Assembly (NCBI RefSeq): GCF_963921235.1
Contig: NC_086106.1
Span: 19,282,001 to 19,346,000, forward strand
From: Mobula hypostoma
Taxonomy: Eukaryota
Length of the DNA stretch: 64,000 nucleotides
Direction of reading: 5' to 3'
Of the stretch, positions 38,154-49,740 are shown in pieces; the stretch's first letter is position 1, and each line of letters begins with the position of its first letter. Under the pieces are notes generated by a model, which saw only the letters and a list, made by a program, of their open reading frames with translations, made no database searches and was not told the origin of the DNA. The translations under genes were made by a program, and so were the position numbers.

Positions 38154-38296
38154 CTTGACAACAGTGACGAAGGTGCTGTAGAGGAAACTGATGATGAACA
38201 GAATGGCAAAGGCAGCAACTGTAAGCACATTGTCATCTCCATCCACATGTCCCTGTTCTTCCTTCCCCTCCTCTCCTGTCAAGTCTGTGCAGGTTT
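38154..38296 (-). CDS. IgW: IgW transmembrane exon TM1 (ETCTDLTGEEGKEEQGHVDGDDNVLTVAAFAILFIISFLYSTFVTVVK)
   Basis: Acceptor ttgtttcag|, phase 1; acidic spacer; CART-type TM motif F..LF..S..YST.VT..K; donor AAG|gtaact. 143 nt, consistent with phase 1 to phase 0. Confidence 0.95.
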
Positions 38297-39239
38297 CTGA
38301 AACAATTGATAAAGTGAGACGGTTAGATTCTTGTCAATGTTTCTTGAAGATCAACAGGGCAATAAAGTTGAGTAAACTTGATGACTTGTTTCTTCACAGC
38401 ATGTCATTTGTAACCTGGGAGCCCCTGGACAGAACTAAATGAACCAGTTTCTCTGAATCAACTGTGTTCGCTCCGCTAAAAATATTAACCAGATCTTCAC
38501 TTAGCATTCATTAAACATCATCCCAACATGTAATTTAGTCTGGGGTGTGCATGTATGTTCAGCAGTCCCTCTAAGATAGTTTGTCCAAAGACCTGGAGTT
38601 GGTTCCTGCCTATTCATTTCATCGATTATTGTCTCTGCAGTTAAAGCCTTCCAGATGCTGACAGATCTGCCAGCCTTGTGTGAGTGGCAAAAATTGGACA
38701 TGTGTGTTTCTGCCCAATATCTAAACCATGAATAAATCTAGTGAATAGAGTCAGCACTGAACACATTGCTGCAGGTCACAGGGCATCCTCGAGGGTTCCT
38801 ATTGGGAATGGATTTCTTTTTTCATATGATGTTCACCTGGAATATTCTGCTTTTACACCATCCAGGCCAATGTTTACACCATCAGTGATCTCTCCGCATC
38901 TAAAATATGAAGGCTTTTTACTTTTGGAAATGAAAGAGAAATTGTGGAAAGTGTTCAGTGGGTTAGAAAACACTTGTGAACAGAGAAAGGGATAACATTG
39001 AGATAGCATCACACGTGTACTCTGTACCATTGCTTCAGCACTAGTTCTGTGCCTGGCTGAGTACTGTGCATCTCTCTGGTTGACTGCAACTCAACAACTG
39101 TCTGTGTCCAGTAACATTCCACAATGCCTGCTCCAGTGGAACTGAGTTCCTCCAGTTCTGCTGACAGACAGACTTGCTTCATGTTTCTGAGACGCTGGTG
39201 TGTAAACATTGACCCTGCAGTCATTATTTCATCATTCCC

Positions 39240-39313
39240 TCACTGACAAGGCCGGCATTCCTTGCTCTGCTCCAGCAGGTCCGTCAGAGAGCAGTGAAGA
39301 GTTTGGTGTGGGA
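39240..39313 (-). CDS. IgW: Candidate secretory tail exon after CH4' (VPHQTLHCSLTDLLEQSKECRPCQ*)
   Basis: Acceptor ccttgtttacctgtatccatcag|, phase 1, 255 nt after the CH4' donor; 3 Cys including a penultimate Cys. No canonical polyA signal was found nearby. Confidence 0.7.
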
Positions 39314-39568
39314 CTGATGGATACAGGTAAACAAGGTAGGGAGGCCAGTGTCCTTCACCAAAGAACATCAGTGAAATAGTTTGTAATCTAAAACTAGCTT
39401 GAAGCATTGAATGAACTCTGATTCTTTCCCACTCTCTGCCTCTGCATTATTAATCCACTCACACAACTACAACAATGCCAGACTTGCCGTTACCTATTGA
39501 CCTTGCTTGTCCCTGGGTTGTGACTGTGGCAGAGGATGTCAACAGTGGAGTGAATCTCAGAATCATAC

Positions 39569-39892
39569 CTTGAATGTTTTTCACATCCTGCCTGACACTG
39601 GTGTTGGAGGGGGGATGAGACACTGTGCATCTGAAAACTGAGCCTTCCTTCCACTCCTCTGTGCTCACGGTCAGGACGTAGCTGGCAATGAAAGTCCCTG
39701 CCTGTTCCAGAGCAGTTTGTCTCACACTGGTGTTGGAAGAGATCAGAGAGTCCCCTTTCTCCCAGGTGACGGTTATTTGGTCCGGGTAGAATCCAGAGGC
39801 AACACACTCGAGGGTGACCGTGTTCCCACTCTTGGTCTCTCCCTCTGGTGGTGGCAGCAGTCTGACTTTGGGACCTTTTGTCTCCAGTGGAA
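39569..39892 (-). CDS. IgW: IgW duplicated constant exon CH4'
   Basis: 324 nt, phase 1-1, intact C1-set domain (TLECVASGFYPDQITVTW...FRCTVSH); about 63% aa identity to CH4 by manual alignment. Confidence 0.93.
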
Positions 39893-39975
39893 CTGATGGG
39901 CAAACAATGGAAATGTCAAACATTTTTACTGAGGTGACCAACGTTGTCCATTTTAATCGCTGACCTCTTGCCCAC

Positions 39976-40278
39976 CTTTGGTACTTTTTGTCCGTGCTGA
40001 TACTGGTGAGGTTGCAGAAGGTTGTTGGGCAGAGCAAGTGTACTCCACCCCACTGGTCCACTCCTCCACACTGGTCTGGAGTTGGCTGATCACTGTGTCT
40101 TGGGTTTCTTCCTCTCTCGGTTTTTTGGTCACATTTGCTTTGATTTTCTCCCTCTCGTTCACCTTCCAGTGGATTTGGACCTGGCTCAGATCAGCACCCA
40201 CAATCATACACACCAGAGTAGCGGTCTGGTTGATCCACATCTCTTCAATGGAGGGATTTTGGATAAAGACAAATAAGT
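39976..40278 (-). CDS. IgW: IgW duplicated constant exon CH3'
   Basis: 303 nt, phase 1-1, intact (DLFVFIQNPSIEEMWINQTATLVC...W...EWTSGVEYTC); about 50% aa identity (51/101) to CH3 by manual alignment. Confidence 0.93.
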
Positions 40279-41179
40279 CTGTAGATTAGAAATAGAAAAT
40301 TTACAAACTGGACAATATCTGCTGTCAGCTGGCTTGACAACTTCAGCTCAGACTTATCCTGTGCAGAATTGTACAACGGAATGAAATCAGGTTTGTTTAC
40401 AGAGTGGGTTGCTCATCTCTGCTTACAACCTCTGACTGAGAAAACAAAATCAAACATCAAGGAGCTTATTTCCTCAGGACCCATTTGGCTCACAGCAGGG
40501 ACTGCAGGACAGTTGCCCAGCTACGTGACATTTAGCTGTTGGAATGCCAATAGAATGCACTATCGGAGCTGTGAATTGCAATGAGAGGTGCCGTTTCTGA
40601 TCAAAGACAGAATTTCCTGCAATCTTCTTGTCTCGGTGTACGTGAGAGTCTGTAGATCCATTTGTGACATTGAGCTGAATCAATGACTGCCTCATATCTG
40701 TTCAGACTGATCCTGGGATTCCTCCAGATTGAAAATTCTGATGCTGACTTTCGAATCTCATAATGAAAAATCTCTCTTTTCATCTCTGCAACTTGCCTGC
40801 CCCAGTCAATGATCTCACTTTGTTTCAGTTGTCCTGTTCACTTCATCTATTTCCATCTCCACACTTTAAACCTCCCTGCTGTTCTATTTCCTGTGGAGTC
40901 TGCTTTTCATTTGCTGGACACTCATAGACATGGCTTTATGTCCCATCATCCACATCATTAGTAATATCAGTGAATAGTTGCAGGGCCGACAAAGATCATT
41001 GCAGGACACTGCTCACGATTAAATCCTGCTGGGTTCAGTCCCCTGTCACATGACACAGTGATAATGGAGTTGTTGATGAATGATTGCAAACAATTTCAGT
41101 CCATTAGTCCACAGCAGATCCAGGCATGGTGTGGGGACAGCCACCTCAGGCCAACATCGGACAGTCACTGGAAGGGCTG

Positions 41180-43760
41180 AGCACCGTGATCAGTAAACAC
41201 GAAATAGCACACCCGGATTTGAACCAGGACATCTTGAGGAAGTCTCTGAACAATGACCACTAACATATCTCCTGTGGAACCAGAGGAGCCAACACTTGAC
41301 CACTGTGATACCACCATCAACAACGGTTACCGTGCCAGCACACGGCCACACTTTGGTAAGGCCGATCACCTGGCTGTACTTCAACTCCCGGCATATAGGC
41401 AGAGACTAAAGACCACAGTGCTGGTAGTGAGGACCAAGAAGATATGGTCAAGGAAGTCACAAGTGCGCTTACAGGAATTTGAGCTGGTGAACTGGACAAT
41501 ATTCAGAGACCTTTCTTCAAATCTGAATGAATATGCCACAGTTGTCACCAACTTCATCAAGACCTGTGTGGATGAGTGTGTCCCTTCGAGAACATCCTGG
41601 ATATACCAAATCAAAAGCTGTGGATGGACCTGGAGATTTGTACTCTGCTGAGGGCTCCATTTATGGCAGTCTAGGCTGGTGACCCAACATGAGTCAAGAA
41701 GCCCAGATACGAACTGCGGTAGGCTATTGGTTAAGATGGTGCCAGAGTGCAATGCTCCCTCAGACAACGTCTTCCAGATAGCTCACAAAAATATCCTTTT
41801 TTGGTCCTTTGCGTCTGTTTTTCTCCTTAAATATGTTTCTCAGACTGTTACAGTTCGAGACTGCGATTTAGATTGGATATTGTTTCAGTGATCCAGCGTT
41901 TTGCTATCTCCAAAAAGATTCCGAGTATGTACTCAGACGGCTTTGATGCAATGAAACTTCAAGACAGCGTGTGAGCCGATGATTGACTCCATTTCTCCAT
42001 TTGAAGCATCCATTAAGTGAGAGAGAGTTTCAGTGCCGATGCCTGTCTTTTGATCACTGCTGGAGATGGATTCTGTGAGCGGCCTATTGCTGTGTGTCTC
42101 GCTGTGACAGGCGGGTCCGCCTCTCTGCCTCGTGTGGTGTCCCTCTCCTCTCTTTCGATGAATGTTGGTGATATTGGAGATGGTGTTGTGTTTCTGTGTT
42201 TATGGATTGGACAGTTGTGTTTATGGATTGTGGACATTTTCAGACCTATCGTTTTTATATTCTGTGTTTTTTATTGCCCGTTCCTTTTCCGTTTTGTTGT
42301 GCAAGGGGAGGGTGTTCAGGGTTTGATGTTCTGTTAGTTTTTTGTGCGGGGGAGGGTTTGTTTTTGGGTAGTCGATGTTCCTGTTCCATTTTGTGAAGGG
42401 AGAGGGGGTTATTGGGGGCAATTGATGATCGGGATGCCGTTTTTGTCAGTGGGGGTGGTGGTGAAGGGATGGGTTTGATGTTTCTCTCTGAACGACTTTC
42501 ATATTCTTTCTTGTTTTTGTGGCTATCTGGAGAACACAAATTTCAAGTTGTATGTGGATACAGGCTTTGATAATAAGTGAACCTTTGAACAATTCCAATT
42601 GAACTTAGAGAAGGAATCAGATCCCCTTCAGCTCTGGCAGACTTTTCAGGCCATTACTTCCTACAAGGTGAAACCTAACAACATGAATGGCAGTGATGCT
42701 TCATTCCCAGATGAGCTCAACACCATTTAAGCACACTTTGAAAGGGAGAATAAACTACATGTGGGTAAATCCCTGCAGTGTCTGGTGACCCTGTCATCTC
42801 TGTCTCAGATGCCAACGTCAGAGCAGCTTTCAAGAGGGTGAATCCTCACACTGAATCAGGCCCTGATGCTGTGCCTGGTACGGAATTGAAAACCTGTGCC
42901 AACCAACTGGTGGGAGTGTTCAGGAACATCTTCAATATCTCACTGCTGCAGTCAGAGATTCCCATCTGTTTCAAAAGAGTGAGAATCATACCAGCGCCCA
43001 AGAAGAGCAGGGTGAGCTGCCTCAATGACTATCGCTCAGTTGCACCCACATCTACTGTGAGGAAATGCTTTGAGAGGTTGGTCACGGCCAGAATCAACTC
43101 CTGCTTAAGCAAGGACCTGGACCTACTGCAATTTGCCTATTGCCACAATAGGTCTACAGCAGATGGAATCTGACTGACTCTCCACTCAGCCTTGGATCAC
43201 CTGGACAATAACAATACCTGCTGAACGTCAGGATGTTGTTTACTGATTACAGCTCAGTGTTCAACACAATCATAACCTCAGTTCAAATCAACAAACTCCA
43301 AAACCTGGGCCTCTCGGCCTCCCTCCACAACTGGATCCTTGACATCCTCACTGGGAGACCACAGTCAGTGTGGATCTGAATGAGCATCTCCTCCTCACTG
43401 ACAATCAACACTGGAGCACCTCAAGGATGTGTGCTTAACCCACTGCTCTACTCTCTCTGCACCCACGACTGTGCGGCTAGGTAGAACTCAAGTGGCATTT
43501 ATAAATTTACTGTTGAGCAATTGTAGGCTGAGTTTCAGGGTGATGAGGAGGCATACAAGAGCAGGATAGATCAGTTGGGTTCATGATGTTTCAACAACAA
43601 CCTTACTTTCAACGTCAGTAAGATGAAGCAATTGATTGCAGACTTCAGGAAGGGGAAGTCATGGGAACACACATCAATCTTCATTGAGGGATCAGCAGTG
43701 GAAAGGTTGAGCAGTTTCAAGTTCCTGGGTGTCAAAATCTTTGAAGGTCAATTCTGAGTC
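41180..43760 (+). mobile_element. Degenerate Rex1-type LINE fragments, with an unrelated repeat inserted at about 41800-42560
   Basis: ORF 41253-41651 (PHFGKADHLAVLQLPAYRQRLK) and 42778-43173 (GPDAVPG...LNDYRSVAPTS.V.KCFERL). Confidence 0.75.
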
Positions 43761-44139
43761 CAACACACCTATTTCTTTATTTGCATAGTTCTGATCTCAT
43801 CCTTTGTCTCTTCTTCTAATCCTCTCTGTCTCTGTCTCCACTGAACTCACAAGAAGAAAACAGGAGGAAGTGCAGACCACCAGATTCCATCCTCTGGGCT
43901 GAGATTTCTGGGAATTCATTCCATCTGAGGGAAGAAATTTCTCTGCACCACAGTTTCAAATGTCCTGCTCCTTACTTTGTAACTCAGTCCCCTTGTTCGT
44001 TGCGCTATGACAGGTGAAATTCTCCCAACATCTACCTTCTCGTGCCCCTTTTACATCTGATATGTTTGTCCAGAAATCTGGATTCTTCTCAACTGCAAGC
44101 AATGCAGACACAGACTGTCTGGTCTTGGACATTGTCTGA

Positions 44140-47100
44140 CAGTCACTGAGTCCAGAAAAGCACAGCACAGAAACAGGCCCTTTGGCCCATCCGGTCTGTG
44201 CTGAGCCATTTAAACTGCCAACTTTCATTGACTTGCACCAAGACCATTGCTCTCCATTCCCCTCCCATCCATGTAACAATCCAAACTTGTCTTAAACATT
44301 GAAATCAAGCGTGCAAGCACCACTTGCTCTGGCAGTTCATTCCACACTCTCACAAAACTCTGAGTGAAGAAGTTTCCCCTCAGGTTTCCCTTAAACATTT
44401 CACCTTTCACCCTTAACCCATGATCTCTAGTTGTAGTTCCAGCCAACCTCAGTGGAAAAAGCCTGCTTGCATTTACCCTATCTATACCCCTGATAATTTT
44501 CTATACCTCCATCAAATCTCCCCTCAATCTTCTACGTTGCAAGGAATAAAGTCCTAACCTGGTGTAATCTTTTCTTATAACTCAGTTTCTCAGTCCTGGT
44601 TGCATGCTTTTAAACTTTCTCTGTACTCTTTCAAGCTTATTTCCTGTAGGTAAGTGACCAAAGCTGAACAGGTAAAGATTTTTACTCCTCATGTATATGA
44701 AGGATGTAAGTAATAAAGTCAATTCAGTTCAATTCAAATTAGGCCTGAGGAATGTCTTATACAACTTTAACATAACACCCCATTTCCTGTACTCAGTACT
44801 TTGATTTATGAAGGCCAGTGTACCTAAAGATTTCATTATGATCCTATCTAGCTGTGCCTCCATTTTCAGTTAATTACGGACCTGTGTTCCCACATCTCTT
44901 TTTTCTACTGCACTCCTCAGTGACCTATCGTTCACTGTGTAAGACCTACCTTAGCTGGTCCTACCTAAGTGGAACACCTCACACTTGTCTGCATTAAATT
45001 CCATCAGCCATTTTTCAGACTATTTTACCAACTGGTTCAGATCCCACTACAAGCTCTGATAGTCTTTCATGCTGTCCACAACACCCACACTTTTGGTGTC
45101 AATTGCAAATTTGCTGATCCAGTTAACCATGTTATCATCCAGATCATTGATACAACAATGGACCCAGCACCGATCCCTGCGAAACTCCACTCGTCACAGG
45201 CCTTGAGTCAGACAGGCAACCATTCTACTACCTCCCTCTGGCTTCTCCCACAAAGCCAATGTCCAATCCAATTTGCTGCCTCATCTTAAATGCTATGCAA
45301 CTGCAAATTTCCTGACCATCCTCCCATTTGGGATCTTGTCAAATGCCTTGCTAAGGTCCATGTAGATAACATCCACTGCCTTGCCTTCATCAACTTTCCT
45401 AGTAACTTCCTAAATAACCTCCATAAATTTGGTTAGATGTGCCCTACACACACAAAGCCATGCTGACTATCCTTCATCAGTCCATGTCTATCCAAGTACA
45501 CATATATCCGGTCCCTTAGAATACCTTCCAATTGCCATCCCACTACAGATGTCAGGCTCACTGGCCTATAATTTCCTGGTTTATTTTGACAACCTTTTTT
45601 AAACTATGGAACATCAGCTATCCTGCTGTTCTCCAGTATCTCGCCTGGTGCTAAGGATGTTTCAAATATCTCTGATAGCAACCCCCACCCCCACAATCTT
45701 TAATTTGCTTAAAGACAGTAAACACCTCCTCCTCTGTAATCTCTGAAGGGTCCATGTCGTCGCTTCTGCTTTGCCTCGTTTCTACAGACTATCTGTCCAT
45801 CTCCCAAATAAATACTGATACAAAAAATCCATTGCTGGTCCCCCCATCCCTTTTGGCACCACAAATAGGTTTCCAATCTGATCTTCTAGTGAACCAATTT
45901 TGTCCCTTGCAAACACTGTGCTCTTAACATATCTGTAGAATCCCCTGGGATTCCCCTTCACTTTGTCTGCTTGGGCACCTCGTCCATTCTTTTAGCCCTT
46001 CTTATTTTTTTCTTAGGAGTTTTCTTGTATTCCTTCCACTCCATAAGTACCTCATTTGTCCCTACCTGCCTATACCTGCTGTTCACTTCCTTGTACTTCT
46101 TAACCAGGGCCTCAATATCAAATGTCATCCTTGCCTTTTATTCTGACAGGCACATACAAGCAATGTGCTCTCAAAATTTTACTTTTGAAGGCTTCTCACT
46201 TACCAAGTACACCTTTGCCAGAAAGCAGCCTGTCCCAATTCGCACTTACCAGATCCTTTCTGATACCATCAAAACTGCCCTTTCTCCAATTTAAAATCTG
46301 AACCTGGGAACGAGATCTATTTTTTTCAAAATTTACTTTGAAACTAATGGCATTATGATCAGTAGATGCAAAGTGTTCCCGTACACAATCTTCTGTCACC
46401 TGCCCTGTCTCATTCCTGAATAAGATATCAAGTATTGCACACACTCTGTTGGGATTTCTATGCACTGATTAAGGAAACTTTCTTGACTACATTTGACAAA
46501 CTCCATCCCTCTTGTAGTCTGGGTGTCCAAGTCAATTTGTGGAAAGTTCAAATCACCTACTATCGCAGCCTTGTGTTTCTTGCAATAGTCTGTGATGTCC
46601 CGACAATTTGTGCCTCTAGGTCCTGCAGGGCGATCTATAATATAGCCCCATTAACATGGCCATACGTTTCTTATTCCTCATTTCCACCTGTAAAGTCTCA
46701 GGAGAGGAGTTCTCCAGTCTCTCTTGACTGAACACTGCTGTGACATTTGCACTTTAATCCCTCCTGCTCTGTGCATCTAAAAAATGGAACCACAGAACAT
46801 TGAGCTACCAGTCCTGCCTCTCCTGCAACCAAGTCTCACTAATGGTCACCATATCATAATTCCATGTGTTGATCTCTGCCCTGAGTTCATCTGCCTTTCC
46901 TACAATAATACTTGCTTTGAGATATACGCAGCTCAGAACATTACTCACACCATGCTGAACTTTTTGATTCCTGACTTTGTCTAATGTCGAAACAACATCT
47001 GTCTCCACAACGTCTCCACAATCTGTTCTGACACTCTGGTTCCCATCCCCTGCAACTCTAGTTTAACCGGCATCCCCCGCCACCCCCACCATGCAGCACA

Positions 47101-47160
47101 AGCAAACCTTCTCACTGGGATATTAGTCCCCCTTCAGTCCAGATGCAAACCATCAGCCCT
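44140..47160 (-). mobile_element. CR1-type LINE fragments
   Basis: CR1 3' end at about 44150-44700, and APE-like ORFs 46196-46465 and 46805-47008 (YDMVTISETWL). Confidence 0.8.
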
Positions 47161-47768
47161 GACAGACAGATGTTTAACTGCGCCATTGCAACAGAACAGT
47201 TCCCAACAATGATACGTTTCATTTAGTTAGCGACACACAGGCACCAGATGAGGAGCAGTAATGTTAGTGGGGACAAGGAGCCCTCAAACAGTGATCCGAC
47301 ATCTTTGACATCGATATGACGTTTGGTCACTGGTTTCAACTCTCAACTCTTTGTCAGATTGCCGTACATTCTAATCTCTCTGACCATCAGTTGACAGCTG
47401 ATCAGTGGGAGACCCGATGCAGGAAGGGTTCAGACACCAGAGAAACAAAGATTACTATTTCTCCTTGACTGTGTGTCACGTGCCATGCCTCATGTTGAAA
47501 GTTCCTTTTTTCCCATCACCAAAAATCACAATTAAGACATTTTCATGTCATATTTATTGAACTTGGATCGGTACATTGACACGTACAAGGATTTAATACA
47601 TTGTGCAGTCCCACACAGGGTTGAAATCCATTCAAACGTGGCAGAAGAATGTCTGAGAATGTACACACAAACTCAGAGATTTGTGGTGAATCATGTTTGT
47701 AGTTTAATTTGGTTCTTGATCTTAATTTCATTCTTAATTATTTTAAAAAGTCCAGATATTAATCATGT

Positions 47769-47774
47769 TTTAAT
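47769..47774 (-). terminator. Candidate polyA signal (ATTAAA) for the long secreted form
   Basis: TTTAAT on the plus strand, about 80 nt after the CH6 stop; an AATAAA also lies at about 47553-47558. Confidence 0.45.
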
Positions 47775-47852
47775 CAGCTAAATAATCCTCTGTGATAATT
47801 AATAATCATAAAACTAACAAAACTAGGGTTTCATGGATTGAATCACACAGTA

Positions 47853-48238
47853 TTACACACAAGATTTAAAACTATCAGTCAGAACGAGTGAGACATTGAC
47901 CAGGGTGGGTTTGCTGTGAGATTTATTGATGCTTCGGAACAGGTTGGTTGTGAGCGACTCATGACCCACCACACAGGAGAAAGTGGTGCCGCTATTCCAC
48001 TCCTCAGGAGAAACCTTCAGCTGACTGGTCATTGCGTTCCAGCCATTTCTGGGGTCCTTGGTCACCGGCTGGTTCACAAACCCTGTCTTCAGAAGGGTGT
48101 CATTGGCCATCCAGGCCACATAGATCTCTGCGGGAGAGAACTTGGTGATCAGACACATCAAGGTCACAGTCTGATCGGTGTCTACCTCATCCGATGAAGG
48201 GAGGAGGAGGTAGACATGAGGACGAGTCACAACACCAC
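47853..48238 (-). CDS. IgW: IgW CH6 exon with secretory tailpiece (...KPTLVNVSLVLTDSFKSCV*)
   Basis: Acceptor ctctctgttccag|; C1-set domain homologous to IgNAR C5/IgW CH6 (IYVAWMANDTLL); tailpiece with an N-V-S sequon and penultimate Cys. Confidence 0.96.
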
Positions 48239-48836
48239 CTGGAACAGAGAGAATCTCAGTTAGAATGAATCTTCCAATAATTCCCTACTTACCCGACACA
48301 TTCTGGTCTTGCACCAACATGAACAATTTCTAAATCTGGGGGCTTCACTTGATCTGAAACTGAAGGCTTTTCCTTTTCTGCTCATCGTTGGGATTTGTGG
48401 AGTGGAAATCTTGGACCTGCTGCATTTTACAGCTTCCAGCGAGGTTGGTCTATTCAGTTTAATCAATGGGAGTCGCTGAACACAGCAACTCGACAGAAAG
48501 TGGAACTCAGCCCCTGGACTTGCATCATCCTGTGCTGTTTGTTCCATCTCCCCTGGAGCAGGGGTGGCAGTCTAAGCTGTGTACGTGTGAGAGGGAGTGA
48601 GAACCTGTGGAACTCTCTCCCACAGAAAGCACTTGAAGAATTATCATCTAATATATTCAAGAATGGGTTGAATATACTTCGGGTGAATAGGTCAAAGGAT
48701 ATCTGGAGAAAACAGGAACAGGGATTGAATTTGGATAATCAGCTGAGACCAGATTGAATGGTTGAGCAGTGCTGGATGGTGATTAATCTGTCAAATTGCT
48801 AAGATCAGACTCACACTGAATTCTGTCCACACGTAC

Positions 48837-49157
48837 CTGTGTCCTTCCTGATGGATTTCTTCACTGGTGTTGGCAAACTCTTGTCCTCTATCACACACGA
48901 GTACTCAGCCCCACTGTTCCACTCTGCAGCAGGGACTGTCAGTCTGCTGGTGATCATGTCTTCACCTCCATTGCTGTCTGGACGCAGAGTCCTCACCCCA
49001 TCTTCCCTCTTCCTTCCGTCCACCTGCCAGGTTACACTGAATCCCTGTAAATCACTGTGAACCACCTCACACAGAATGGTTGCTGTCCTCTTTGTCCAGA
49101 TCTCTTCGAAGGAAGGTTTGCTTAAAGTGACTGAGGGGCGGGTGTCTGGACAGTCAT
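48837..49157 (-). CDS. IgW: IgW CH5 exon
   Basis: 321 nt, phase 1-1; DDCPDTRPSVTLSKPSFEEIWTKRTATILC...EWNSGAEYSC; donor G|gtacgt. Confidence 0.95.
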
Positions 49158-49726
49158 CTGGGAGAAACGTCACAATTATTATTTCACCATTCCCAAATGG
49201 ATGAGTTTGTCACTGACAAGACCAACATTTCCTGTTCATCTCTGGTCAATGATTTGCCAGTCCCATCAAGATGAGATGAGACCAATCAATTCTACATTGG
49301 TGAAGAAAGGAATCTCCCCTATTGAGCAGACATGGGGTAAAAACCCTGAGCGAATGTAAATGAACAAGATTGGCCCTCAGATTGTTTTTGCAGTTTCATG
49401 GTCACTTAAACTGGTACCAGCAACTTATTAAAACAATACAGAAAATCCCCAGTATTTCAGAGTGTGTCTGTGGAACAGAAGCAAAGTTTCAAGTGAAAAT
49501 ATTCCAGAAAATACACTTCATATTTCAAAATTTAAGTAGAGAAATGCTTAGTTTTTGTCACAAATGCTTAAAATGCACTCTTTTTGTCTCGAGGTGTAAC
49601 TAACATTTGCTGCTGCTTTGTCAGAATGTAGTGTGTTCAGGCCGCCCTCCAGAGGCTTCTACACATTGTCCAGGCTGACTATTCCCACACAGGAGCAGAG
49701 GGAGAGCTGCTCTGCTGGAAATTCAG

Positions 49727-49740
49727 TCACATCTGAGGCA
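49727..49740 (-). CDS. IgW: Candidate very short secretory exon after CH4 (VPQM*), paralogue of the 39240-39313 tail
   Basis: Acceptor cctaatccctgcctccgatcag|TGCC resembles ccttgtttacctgtatccatcag|TCCC at the CH4' tail; phase 1 gives V-P-Q-M-stop. Confidence 0.35.
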
